Under the pieces are notes generated by a model. The model was not told where the DNA came from. It saw only the letters and a list, made by a program, of their open reading frames with translations, and did not search any database. DNA of 64,000 nucleotides from Dicyema japonicum (lineage: Eukaryota > Animalia > Dicyemida): the NCBI GenBank assembly GCA_011109175.1, contig RDEW01000007.1, forward strand, positions 743,712-807,711, given 5' to 3'. A program made the translations under genes and the position numbers. Positions 11,599 through 24,800 of this stretch are shown here, piece after piece (position 1 is the stretch's first letter; the number at the start of each line of letters is the position of its first letter).

Positions 11599-12780
11599 TC
11601 AAATATCAAAGTCATAAGGCTTGGGGAACTCCGAATGGGTCATCGTATATTTATGGAACAATTTGGAGACCAGTTTCTTCACAACAAGATCACTTGTGTT
11701 GTCCGCCACCAATCGAATTACAAAAATGCCGTCATAACACAAATATGAGTTAATAAAAAATTTCTTATGAGAATTGAGTTCTTTCCCTCCCAGAAGTGAA
11801 ATCATGTACCCCTGGTGGACAAATCTGAACCAGAGGTACCAAATCCACTTCAGAATCCCAATAAAGTTGATTATACCCCCAAAGAGGAGATAAAGCCAAT
11901 ACACAGCAAAGAGAATATGTGCATATTGATTTATGGGGAGAATGCACTCAACTGTGTGCGTTCGGGGAGTCTCAATGTGACCCAATTCTTTGGAGTCAAA
12001 TTTACATAAAACAGATCGCGGAAAAAACGTTGTTTCTACGCTCTTGAAGACTTTAATGAAATCCCAAAACATAATTTCGCTGAAACTCCTCCTTGTCTTC
12101 CATATAACAGAATATTCTATAATGGCAATCTGAGACCACGTGATCACCAAGTACATGAATTTGACCAGAATATACATCGATGAAATGGACTGCAGTTTTT
12201 TTGTGTGGAAATGAATAAATTTTAAAATTTTATTTTTTGGAAGTCCCTCGCAATCCATCTGCATTCTCGAGTTTCTATATTTGTCGAAATACTCCAATAA
12301 AGTGCTGAATTCCTTCGATTTATTCTCTTCAGAGTCAACATTTCCACATTTGATTGACAGTTCAATAATCTGGTTAACGTTAATGTCGCTAACTGAACAC
12401 GTGCGACACCAAAGAATATACGGCAGTCGATACATTAAGGCAAGAAGCATTGTAATCACAATCATCCAGTGGAAAAACTCCCCCGATATAACGAATTCCA
12501 ATTTGTCCTCCTTTACAGGCGAGTTGAAGTAGAACCTTCCCCCGGTAAAACAAGACTGTTCTGCATATCTCACCATATCGCCTAAAATGAATAAAATTTG
12601 ATTACTCGTAAAGTGTGTTGGGCACCAGCAGTGGATTGGGTCCCCCACTAAGTTTTTTGTGGAGATGATCACGGATATTAAGACCAGCAGTGTGACCCCA
12701 TAATAGTGGTTAAACTTTCCGTAAAAATCGTCGTTTTTGTAAGATTTAACACGATTCTTCAAAGCAGCTACCAAATCCAT
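11599..12780 (-). CDS. Innexin (gap-junction protein)
   Basis: Motifs DDFYGKFNHYY, GDPIHCWCP, YAEQSC, LPYILW, FFPRSVLCKF, HTVECILPIN and DGIFVIRLVADN, with four hydrophobic segments. A probable in-frame 24-nt intron lies at 12582-12605. Confidence 0.95.
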   Translation of the reverse strand: MDLVAALKNRVKSYKNDDFYGKFNHYYGVTLLVLISVIISTKNLVGDPIHCWCPTHFTSNQILFILGDMVRYAEQSCFTGGRFYFNSPVKEDKLEFVISGEFFHWMIVITMLLALMYRLPYILWCRTCSVSDINVNQIIELSIKCGNVDSEENKSKEFSTLLEYFDKYRNSRMQMDCEGLPKNKILKFIHFHTKKLQSISSMYILVKFMYLVITWSQIAIIEYSVIWKTRRSFSEIMFWDFIKVFKSVETTFFPRSVLCKFDSKELGHIETPRTHTVECILPINQYAHILFAVYWLYLLFGGIINFIGILKWIWYLWFRFVHQGYMISLLGGKELNSHKKFFINSYLCYDGIFVIRLVADNTSDLVVKKLVSKLFHKYTMTHSEFPKPYDFDI

Positions 12781-13092
12781 TTGACTTATTTTACGTAGTT
12801 TTTGTTTTTCATTTGAGGAACTTCCTATTTAGGAAGCAAGTGTTCTTCCTCTTTAGAAGGCATAGAAATATTAATTCAAACTTTCTGGGACTTTATTTTA
12901 ATACTCTTGTTTTTTATTTATCACAAAAATAAAAATCAATCGAAAATGATGCTCGCGTTTTTGGCAACTATGCCATGTCACGTGGCCCCAAAGTTAGTGT
13001 GGTACTATGTGGCTACATGAATTGAAAATTATTTGTTTTATTCTTCTGCTCCTCATCTTCCATTTTGGCTTCAGGGAGATATAATTGTTAGC

Positions 13093-13290
13093 CTGCGTCA
13101 TGTGGTTCACCATTTCTGGTGGCGCCAGATATAATCATAAATTATATTCAAAAAAACTATTAGTCAACAACCTTCCAGAGGAGTTTTCCTGGAAGGCACT
13201 TCCCTCAAGTCCGAGCATCCGAAGACTGAGGGAGGCCGGGATCACCTGATTTTTTCAGTCTGGCTATGACGGTGATTTTGATTCAATAAA
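13093..13290 (+). mobile_element. Short non-autonomous derivative of the 2A-LINE family with HDV-like 5' structure
   Basis: It shares GCGTCATGTGGTTCACC and downstream blocks with the LINE leader at 61646. A 3' stem GATCACC/GGTGATT is followed by an AT-rich tail. Confidence 0.6.
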
Positions 13291-13299
13291 TTTAAAAAA

Positions 13300-13800
13300 T
13301 TAAATAATTGAGGTTGCGTTGCCTCTCATGGTCGCAAAAGAGATCAACTGGAGAAGCCACCAAGTCTCACATGATTTTTTAATGTAGCTAGGCGTCCAGT
13401 TTCTTTAGGAAACGAAGGGATTTTCCGCTTATTCCTCATGTTGTCTCAATTGAGATGGGGCAGAACGTGCAACCTTCGTTTTTTTCTCCTTTGCTTTTAT
13501 TGTTTTTTTCCGCGGCATACAGTGTGTCTACGGTGCTCCCGACAATGTTGGATGGACAAAGGGGGTCTATGCACGTAGCATCCCGAACCAAAGTCTTCCC
13601 CTCCTCGAATGGAAAGATTGTATTTTTCGTCTCCTCTACTCAGGCCAACAGGTTCAAGTATGGAGTGGTATCCAGCAGACTCCAGGCCTCGCTTAACAAT
13701 TCCTTTGATCGCCTTATGTCTTGGGAATCGTCCTGCACTTTTTCGACAAGAAAGGCATAATGTCCATAACAGTCGAGAATACCCCCACACCGGGGATAAT
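13300..13800 (-). mobile_element. Degenerate CRE-clade 3' fragment
   Basis: CGGILDCYGH, CLSCRKSAGRFPRHKAIKGIVKRGLESAGYHSILEPVGL form the CCHC and restriction-like endonuclease region. Confidence 0.8.
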
Positions 13801-13869
13801 CAATAATAATAACACTAGAGACCACGGTTACACAAACTAAATAATCACGTGATCCCAGCACGCTCTAGC

Positions 13870-14340
13870 AGAGACTCGAATTTCCATCTTAATCGATTTC
13901 AACATAAATTGATGATGCAGTAGGGGCAGAATCAATTTCTTAACAATTCGCAAAATATATTCTTCTTGGAAGTGCAACACTTCAAAATAAAGAAATTGGG
14001 TATTTTCTTCCATTTATCTGTGCCTCGTCGATATCAAAAAAATATTATCCACTTACAATTATTTAAATGAGGAACCTTAAATATACAACAATTTCATTCA
14101 TTTTCGCAAGAAATCTGCTTTACACGTGTTTTGGATGTCGTTTCTGATAGTAATGCACAAGTGTCCTCTTCAAAAGACTTAAAGGGATATATGGGCACCT
14201 CATCTTATAAAGAGGGATATTTGCTTCGATGAAAGCTTTGGTAGCTTTCACACAAACTAACTCGATCACTGACATTATCTGACATAAATGTCTGCACATT
14301 TTTAATGAGCTGTCATCCAACGGTAAAAATAGAAATTACA
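13870..14340 (-). mobile_element. hAT-related (CGGBP1-like) transposase remnant
   Basis: AFIEANIPLYKM and a PTASSxxVE-like C-terminal motif are present, but the region is heavily disrupted. Confidence 0.4.
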
Positions 14341-14439
14341 ATCTGTCCCTATAGATACTTCCCGGTTTTACAATGTGCATCATCAGTGTAACCCTATTAC
14401 ATTTATTGTCTTCATCTCTTCACGGTTGATATTAAAACC

Positions 14440-15750
14440 CTTAAATCTTTCTAATAATAATGATGTTCAGATATCGTCGGTTCCAGCATGGTGTGCTTGG
14501 AATATTTAAATCCCAGTCGGATAGAAATCTCGATATGGACTGTATTACCGTCGTAATGGTTCCCAATACTCACAGTAGGGAGAGCATCGATCCATAGCAC
14601 GCTCCCCTATAATCTCTTAACAAGGATACGAAAGTGCTGGTCTCGATTTGAGCTTTTCAGTATTCTCTCAATTTTATATTCTCATGGGATTTTACAGAGG
14701 TCCTTCTCCTCAGCGGCCAAACATGAGTACCTCGCATTGTTGGTCTCTGATGATTATGTAAATATTTATTTGCTCGCCACAAAACTGATCCAACAGTATT
14801 GTCGAAATAATCGGTCGACTTAAAAAAAATAAAATTTACTCTCCTTAATAAAAATTTACCAAAAAAAAATTTATTTATTTCTATCACCATTTTGAAATTT
14901 TATTTTTTAATTTTTTTAGAAATTAAATTTTATTAAAATTTTAAAAAAATTCCACCATTCATTGCTCTGTACATACTGTTCTGGATAGCCATGATCCTCT
15001 CGGGTCTGACCAGGGGATGGATAGACCCCTACAAATGGCACTTCTAAGATAGCACATTTAGATATACTTTAGTGTTTTCTAGATAGGATGATCTCCCCAC
15101 GTGGATTGATCTCGCATTTTGTCGGCACAGTGAGGAAGGGAATACAATGTCTAAATGAGTTTATGTTTATTCTTGTTAAAACGTCAAAATCAGGAGCATC
15201 TTTGAAAGCTCCCGCAACGAAAACAAAATCGGACTTAGAGGTGTTGATAATCCCCGTCTTCGAGTCATTATTAAGACTCTTTAGAGACTGAAAATGACAC
15301 GGAGGTCTTCCAAAACGGAGTCGCTGGGCCTTCGATTGTAACGTCATCCAGATACCTGCTTAAAGAGGCAATTCGTCTGACACGTTGGAGATATCAAGTT
15401 TAACATCAATAAGATTCCCCCAGGGTCTTCGGAATCAAAGAAGATGTTGAATGAATACAAGCCTCGCAATCATTCCTGTCGCACACTCCAATATTCACGG
15501 GTAACAATTCTTAGGCGACCCGAATACTTACACGTTTTGCAGCAATTTTTTAACACGGACGTAGGAGGTAATTTCTTACAACAATCTGACAGACTCCCCC
15601 CGTTTGTTAAACACGTGGAGGCTAGCGCTCGCTTAACCTGTGACACCACCATTGAAAATTTTCTAAACAAGACGCTGAATAGCGGATAACAGATTTCGCT
15701 CGACTCTGCCGTAGCCTTGATGTGACGGGGGGAAGTGCTTTACATACTTA
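14440..15750 (-). mobile_element. Degenerate CRE-clade reverse transcriptase fragments
   Basis: YLDDVTIEGP near 15340-15360 is an RT catalytic motif. IDALPTVSIG...ISIRLG lies near 14520-14590. Confidence 0.6.
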
Positions 15751-15803
15751 ATTTCAAAGAAGGCAATGTTATTAGAGTCTAAAAGATAACTTTAGTACTA
15801 AAA

Positions 15804-18800
15804 TTAATAAAATTCTATTAAGAACGGGGACCCACTCACAGTTTTCCCATTAAATTCTATGACCATCCAATATTTCCCAGGTTTTGTGGTGAAATAGTCG
15901 ACATTAAACGAATCCTCTTTATCCTGTTTTACCTTAAACTCAAACATTTTCTTTTCTTCCGACACCATTCCAACCATTAGTCTATTTTGGCCTAACATAA
16001 GTTGAGAAATCAACCAGATCCGTCCGTAGTAATCTGCAGCGAGTGTTCAACTCCACAGGCTTACTTGGAGACAGTCCGTAGATTTTCACAGTCCCGGGAG
16101 TTAGATTTACCTCTTCATTTTCTACCCTTCCTAGCAAAGGGACCATATAAGTCGCTCGATAGTTATATTTAGACGAAAAACCCTTGGAATCCACTAATTC
16201 ATGAAAAACAGGAAAACTCGTTGAGACAATCTGGGGACTGTTTTTTACGTGGGAGGCATGATCTCCAGTTTCATCAAACTTATCGGATACTTTGATTGAA
16301 ATAAGATAATCTCCGGTGGAGTCCACATTATATGTGAACACATAACTTGAGTTTCCTGCACTTTGGACATCATCACATCGAATCACGGCGTTTGAAGGAC
16401 CGTCAATTGTCACATACAAGTTCCCCTCAATTTCTTCGTCCACATTAACAGTAAAGCTATTTTCCTTGTCTAAAAAATGGTCAAATTCAACGACCTAATC
16501 TTATCATCTTCAATCCTGGTCCACTCATACTGATTTTGTCGCATTTTATCGCACTTTTTGCTACTGTGAAGCTTAAGGGAGACTGAGGTAAGGTTTCACC
16601 GTCCACTGACACGTGCAATTGATAGGTCCCGGGAATTCTGGGGACATGCTCAACACGGTAAGAGCCTGTGGCATAAGAGACTGAATGTACCGTCGCTGAT
16701 CTTCCTCATCGAGCACTCTTCGGCCTGTTTGGAGGGGTTATTCACATAGGAGGAAATTTCTCCTTTAATATTTTTGATAATAAAAACTGCTGGACTATCG
16801 GGGGTCTGAAATCAGCAAATTGTGGCTAACCAGAGAGTTTAAGTCGTTTTGTAGAGTAACAGAACCGGTCGCTTGATCGTCCACAATGTCCACTATATAG
16901 GGGGAATCTGAGGTTTTCTCGTTGTTGTGATAAATAAATATCTTATAAGTCCCTGAGAAATGACTAATCGCTCACCTGGCTCGAGACTGTGTAGGATACC
17001 TGAAAGTAGTCGTCGTTGTATTCTTTGTCAAAAAGTACGTGGCCTTTGATGGCCCATAGACTGAGACTCCGAAATTTCCAGCGTCCAATCCGTGCGTGTA
17101 AACGTTGAATAAGCCTAAAATGAGTTTTACGGTAAACAGGGAGAGTTCGTTTTTCCGCCGGATAACCCGGGTCCATTTAATTTAAGGTTAGTCGAGGTTA
17201 TTGGGCCGACGGAAAACAAAAATGGTGACCCTAGAGCATAAACACCACAAATACCGGAAAGTGGAATCCCCTGTCTAAAAATATTCACTTTGTACTCCCC
17301 CAATTGCCGTGGAGTAAAATTCACATCAAATTTGTTTCTTCCGACCTCCTTAATGGCACAGGGTCTTTGATTATTGTTGGAATCTGTGACTGTACAGGAC
17401 AGCTCATTGAGTGAACAGTCTAAAATACCGACAAACGGCAGAAACCCTGAATTTCCAACGAATACGTGCAAGGCTTGCCAATATAGTACCTCGGGGTTTG
17501 CAGATATGATACTTCGTAGATCGATTCGTCCACCACATTCACCATAAACGGAGATTCTACAGATTATTCAATAGAAACAACTGGGGACAACTTCATTCTG
17601 AAATTTAACCATAACTTCATAGCACCCGGGCTTATCTGGTCTGAAGAGGACCTCAACGGAAGAATCCTTCAAATGCTTAAATTTTATTTCGCATTTGCTG
17701 GGTCCTTTGATTTTAACCGAAAGGACTCCGTGACCAGCATTTTTGGTTTTAACAACGAATAAGTTCCAGAAACCGATTTTTCCTTCCCCAATAGGAATCA
17801 CTTCCACTAGAAATGGGGAAGCTAAGACATTTTCGGCTATTAAAATCTCAAATGGACTGTTATCGATGGGTACCCCCTTAGATAACACGTGGAATAGGTG
17901 TTTTCCGCTTTCATAAGGTAGGAAATCCACAACTAGCATATTCACGGAATACGAACTTATGTGAGAATCCGTCACTTCACGGATCTTGCATTCCTGTTTA
18001 TTGTTAGATGGAGAGAGAGATGGCGAAGACTTCCAGACTTTCCGGGGGATATTTTTTTGCTGATTTGAGTAGCATGGAAGTTGGGCAAGTCAGCTGAGAA
18101 TCAGTGAATATTGGGGGAGAATCTAACATATGTAAAACAACGAAAACCAAGAATGACGACGTTGAATGGAGATCCTGGAATTTGGTTTCCGTTATTGACG
18201 ATTTTTATTAGGTATTTTCCCGGTTTTGTGGGGAAATATTCAATTTTTGAGATGTTGTCCTCGACTTTCTTGCATACTACGTCAGCCTTTGAAGGACCGA
18301 ATATGTCAATCGTCGATTCCAACGAACTTTCTAAGGAATAAGGACTTTAAATTTACTGATAGCCTTCTCGCCTTCAAGGAAAAACGCACATGGTTCATTT
18401 ACAAAGCCAATAGTCAGTCCTTGGCCGTAAGCCTTAAGGGGGGAGTTTCCCTCGTTGACGAAGAATTCGAATTCGGGGGCTGAATATCAACATCTCTTAC
18501 TTTTATCGAAGAGACTAACGGGAATGTTCCTTATTTTATATTTCCCGCAGTTTTTGGCTGATATTTCAGGTATAATTGATCATCGGTGAAATTGACCTCG
18601 TCAAATCGGTTATATTCCCCAGACGGCAGTACAACTAAATATTATTGTCACGTGCAATAACCCTGAATTTGTTCATCCCCGAATTCGAATAGAGGAATGG
18701 TGAATTCCACACAGTTAAAGTCACGTGTGTTCAGACAGTTGTAGTATTCCTCAGTTATCACCTAAATTTAATGAATCTTGGCTACGCTAATTTCAACGGG

Positions 18801-21800
18801 ATCAATTGGGAGAGGCTGTCCCCCAAATTTAAATTCCAGTTCGTAGCTGCCACAGTTTGGGGGATCAAAGTACGCCACAGTTGTTTTGTTTCTTTTTTCG
18901 GTTCTGACTTTTGATTTCCGTCCATTTTCGTCCCATGCGTTACACAAAAGATTTCCTTCTCCCCCACGTGAGGTATCGAAGACAAGTTCGGTCGTTTTTC
19001 CGAAGCAGACAACCTTAGGGAACTCGTCTAAGAATTATTACAAATAAGGTAATCTATTATAACACGTGGTACATCTCCAAGTTTATAATTAGTATTAACC
19101 CACCGTTTTTTGTTATCATTGATGGATTTCCTGTGGCACGTGCTCTCATTTTCTTAGAAAAGACATCCGCTCCCCCATATTCAACGTTTATGAAGTACGA
19201 TCCAACATCCTCTGGTGTATAGGAGACTTTATATTGTCCTGCCCTGACCTCTGAGACTGCATTCAGCAGAGATTCGCCAATTTCGCTCTACAAATAATTG
19301 TGGGGGATACTTTTATACTCACATCCAGTTTATATTGGCCAGCATTCCGCGTAACAATGTAGAATTCGTTTGTGAGACTTGCCGGGGTTTCCTCTATTTT
19401 CTGTACGTCAACACAGGTCTTGTCATATACAGGAAACGTGGAAAGTCTAAACTACTCAATAAACGACGACATTGAAGACTGGTTGTGAGTCTTCTGGAAT
19501 GCCTGCAGTTTATAGTGTCCCCGAACAGTTGGAGTCCAAGAAACTATGAATTCGTTGGTTGATTTGCCGAACGTCGTAGTTGCATCAACAACCTCGTCTA
19601 AGGTTACCCACAAAGAGAACCGCAAGGATTGAGAATCTGAAATTTGAGGGGACGGTTTAATGATGTTTTGGCAGTCACAGTGCAGGGATTTCCAACGAAA
19701 TGTATAGTTGGTGGATCATTAACGATTATGTCGTAAATATTGACGTTGAAGGGACTCCCTAAAGCTATGGTGGATGGAATACCGTCAATGTCGACATCAC
19801 ACAATTTGACAGAGTAGTTGTAATTTCCAGCAACAGAAGGCACGTAGGTGACGTCTTCCGTGCCATTTTCGTTTGTTTTGATGTTTCCGTTTATCGAATC
19901 GGTTGGTCCGGTAATAGTACACGTGATTTCTCCTGAACCAGCATCGCAGCAGTCGATGGTAAAATTCATGACTGTGTTAACCAGGGCGTTATACATCCCA
20001 CTTCCGTAAACGGAAACGAGAGAGGGGTCGAACCCCGCCTTTCCGGTAATCCTGACGGGGGATAAACCAACCTGAGAGTCTTTATAGGACACGAATATCT
20101 TATGATCCCCTATATTCGGAATTATTCGAAATAGAACCTTCATTTTTCAGAACATAGATGACTTGGCACTGATACTCATTCAAAGGAACTATTTTGGTGC
20201 CCTGGAAACTGCTCTGAGGGGTCAGAACACGTGCTTTTAGATGACCGATCAGGAAGTTATCAAATTCTGAGTAGTCAATGATGAGTTTGGAATAAGAGTC
20301 AATGAAAGTTTCTAAAATGAAGGAAGTGATCACCGGAGGGAGGGTTTTTTATGATAATTTTGGAGGTGTCCTCAAGGGAGTTAACAAAGAATGAAAGGGG
20401 ACATCCAGGGATCGATTTGCCGTCGAAAAACACGAAAACTCGATACTCACCTCCTCTTTCGGGGGTGAACACAACATTATAGACTTCTTCCTCCTTCTGA
20501 ACGCTCAAATTTACTTCCTGTTCCAAATCATCGGTTATATAAAAGTCCAGATCTCCTGGAAGGGTCAAATCAGCTAAAACCATATCCCCCATCTGAGCAG
20601 TCAATGTAACAGTTAGTCTCCTCATTTTGAACCACCGACCCTTCAAAACAAGGTCCAAATACTCGAATGTCTGCTGGTTGTCCTTTTCTGACTCCATAAA
20701 GCTAAAATAAGGACCCAGGGTACAATATTCGGCTCATAGTGGACAGGGACTCCTCGGTAGGTAATAAAAACGGTGTTTTGGTCAGCAAGTAAGTCATATG
20801 ATGACTTATTGGAGTATCCATCACGTTTGAATGGGATTTTCCGCGAAAACCTGTAATCCTGGTAAACATTGGCGGAGAATTCGTTATCAACCACGGAATC
20901 CGGGAGATCCAAGTCGAATTCCACCGTACTTCCAATTGGTAGGAAAGAATTGTCATTTCTCTTAATATTAATCTATAATGTGATTTGAGAGAACAACGTC
21001 TTCTGGGGAAAATCCCGGGTTTTCTAAGACATTGATGTGGTAAGGAGAATTTTGGATGTCCTCGTTTTTGTAGGAAATTCGCATGACATATTCTCCAGCC
21101 ACGGTCGGGACAAAATAACAGTTTTTTCCGTATTTTCCATAATCACACAGCTTTATTATACTTTTTGATGGACCGCGTAAGTAAAAATCTAAGTTATTCG
21201 GTGAAACGAACCAAGGTTGTCAATCTCCGCTGTACTTTCGTGGAAGAAGACAACGGGAAAGCCTACATAACCAGAAGAAGCTGAGGGCACAATCATTTTG
21301 ATCGAATATTTTGAAGGAGGAGAGACTTCTACTGTGAAGGGACTTCCGACGACGTTTTCTCCGTCAAATAAAACGGAGATTTTGTGCGACCCGACAGATC
21401 GCGGAATATACTGGAAGTTGAATTCATTCACTTCTTCCGAAGGCCGGGGACCAACAAATAGCATAGAACCATCTTTGATTTCACATTGAAACTACCTGGT
21501 TTTTCCCCGAAAACTGATAGAAGACTGTTGTCATCCGTTGGTGAGATTACCGTGAACTCTGTCTCCTCGTCAATTTGGATTCCTCTGTTGGACAATCCAC
21601 GTCCCCTCGTCCGACATTCAGACACATCAAATGCTTTAATATGAGGCGTGGATTACCCTTATCAACGGTAAACCTGAAGTTTGATATATTTTTGTCGTTG
21701 TAGTTTATTATTAGGGTGTAAAAACCAGCCATTTGTGGAGTATAGAAGCAGTCGACTTGGTTGGCTGAGACATTCTTTCCTTTAATTTCTACAATTTCCT

Positions 21801-24800
21801 TAATCTCGTCGTTTATTATGTAATAATTGAAGCCATCTGCTGAAAATTACCGCAAAATGTACGATCAAAGGCATTTTCGTCCCCTTCTGAGCTGCTGTCG
21901 ACAAATCTCTCGATATCTAGTATAAGACATTCGCTACCCTGCGTGGGGTGAGTGATGGATATCACGATTGGTCCTCCGACCTTAATCCTTTGCTTTGGTG
22001 ATATTTCTACGGTAACGTCAGGGGTTTTCCGTGGAATTTTCAGCTAAAATAAAAAACCGGCTTCTACTATATACGGAGATAAGAAAAGGGGGATATTTTT
22101 GTACTCAATCGTGATCATATTCCAGCGCTTCCTCACGTAGAAATCACACTGAATAATCTGCATAGTCGTCTGTTTCATGTTCATTGGAGTGACTTTCCCT
22201 GTTTTTTGAGTAACACAGGATTTTGAAGTCCCTCTTGTTTGCCTGGGCCCCCACTCCCTCAATTAGAAATTTCACGTGTTCTCCGTATTCCACGCTGTCC
22301 CTGCTTTCCAGTCCAACTACTTTGAACTGTTAATGTCAATAACTGTAATCGTACTAAGTTGCAGTTGATTTCAGGTTCGGGTTTGACCACCAGTTTTAAC
22401 GGAGATTGCGGAATTTCTTTGTTATCCGCGAAAACACGGAGAGAATATACTCCCTGCAAGGGAACCTCGATAATATTGGCACAGAAATAGGAACTCATTG
22501 AATCAACCGTTGTTATCGAGGCATTGGAAGGTCCACTGATCTCAAAATCTACCGATAATGTCACATGTCTACCGTATTTGTTGACCTTCAGATTTCTACT
22601 TCCAACGACGAAGAAGCCGGGGACATTGGCGTAAATATTTCCCATCGCGCTGCCCCAAAAGTAAAACGAATCTCTGTCCCTCACTAAAATCTAAATTCAG
22701 TAGTGAAATAAAAAATACGTCGAATGGAGATCCTGGGAGGGGTTCGCTTGAATGTTGGATATCAACGGAATATCTGCCGGTTGCTTTCGGCAGAAAATAG
22801 CAGTTATATACGGAATCCGTGGCATTCAGTAGGACTTCAGTCTTCAGTCCATCTAACTGTAAGTCACAGGTTTACCAGGAGATGTGACAACGGAGAGTAA
22901 TTCAGGATTTGTTTTATTTCGAGAAAAAATTTCAAAGTTCAATTCTAAGTTGACTTCGGTTTCTTTGTTGAAAACGGGGGAAATTGAGCACAAATTTGGG
23001 TCAAACACTAAAGTTCATAAAAATCAGTCACCCTCTTCCACGGTTACATTGTAGGGCTTCCCTGGGAGTGGTACATCAAAAAATCTCAGATCCAGTTTAT
23101 AATCTCCTGAGACGGCAGGCACGTATGAGCAGACGTAGAAATTCTCCGTTTTCTGCCGAATTCTGCACGGGATGACTTCCCGATTTGCCGAGATTAGTGT
23201 TGCCTGCAGAAAGTCACAAGAATTCAGCTTCTCTGGGTAATTTCCTATAACAAATAAAGTTGAATTAAACTTAGATCAATGTAAAATTCTGCTTCTTCCC
23301 CCACATTAGGGTTTTCTTCGACTCCGCTTCCGTAAATTTGAAAATTTCTCGGTAAAATTGGATCAAGGCAACTCATCTACGGTAAGGGTTCTGATATTAC
23401 TGAGTATGGCGAGTCTCCGATTAGGGATTTACTGCAGAGGATCCATAAACAGTAGTTTCCGCGATTACTAGACTGGTAAAAGCAGTTGAAGTCATTCCTC
23501 ACTCTCGTTGATGAGGAAATCTCCAGTTCTCCTCCTCCGATGCTGTAGGAAATGAACTCCAAGTCAAGTTTTCGTCGATATGGAGTCGCATCAACACAAA
23601 ATGACCCGGTCTTCCCGCCATGAAATATGTGTCCTTGCAAAGTCCCGTGATTTTTATCTGCCATTAATTTTACTCCAACCTTTGAGGGGTCAATCGACGG
23701 AGTTTCAGTCTTCAGGAAAAAGGGGGAGTTTTTGATGTCCTTTCCTTTGACAGTCAAGTAAATCTCGTAATTCCCAGGCTTCGTCACTCCATAGGAGTAA
23801 CTGACCAGATTTTTCGACAATTGGGTGATCTGAACGTCAGTTGACTCTGGTCCGAGTATTTTACACTCTAAGTTGTTATTTCACGGAATACCCGGAATCG
23901 ACTGTCCCGGCTTAAGACAGGCAACAAAATTCGTTCTCTGATCAATAAACAGTCTTTCAAGTCCGGGACCGAAGACGTTGTACGAATATTGTGATTCTGG
24001 GAGAACATCGACCTTCGAGTCAAAATTAAGAAGACTATAAATGGACTTCCTTGGAGTTCGATTCCTTGTGTTTTGATCTGTATGCGATGAGGTCCTACCG
24101 TGGTAGGCTCAAAAACATATCTCCATGTATTTTCCTTCACTTTATCAGCAGAATAGATTATTTTTTTATCTAAGATAAAACCGCTAATTTACTTGGATCA
24201 ATAACCGTAATTTTCGGAGTACTGTTTACGGTCGTCGCAGAGGTAATCAAAATTTCATTACTGTCCCCCACTCTTTGTCCCGTTCTGGAACATCCTTTGC
24301 CAGAGACTGAAAACAAAGACGGGTCAGGAGCTGGTTTCAGTAAGTAGAGTTACATTTTTCGACATTCACGGCAATTGGAGATACCGGATGGGGGACCCCG
24401 TTGAAGGAAATTGCTATCATATGAGTTCCCGGGACAGTAGGCTTGTACTTGCACTGATATTCCCTCTCACCGATCCGCTTTATGGTGGCGGGTATTTTCT
24501 GATTCAATCCGCGGTACAAATATGAGACTGAAACACGTGGCTCTTCCATTTCTGAACCACCAGTCTCTGAAATTGATTTCCAAGGCGAATTACCGTAAAA
24601 TTCTTTGAAGAATCGCTTCCATCAAAAATCGATGACTCTCCTACAAATTAGTATAAAATAAGAGCCACCAGTAAAAATTCTGAAGTAGTTATTAACGTCG
24701 GTAAGTCCAGTTTTTATTCCTCGTCCCCCAACAAGGATCTGCTCAACGTCGAATGAAGTCTACACTAAGAAACTCCAAAACCTCCACATCGAACCGAAAT

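Noticed and set aside
18782-19012. Novel ORF or insertion within filamin
   Set aside because: It is an off-frame reading. Another frame encodes a normal filamin Ig repeat.
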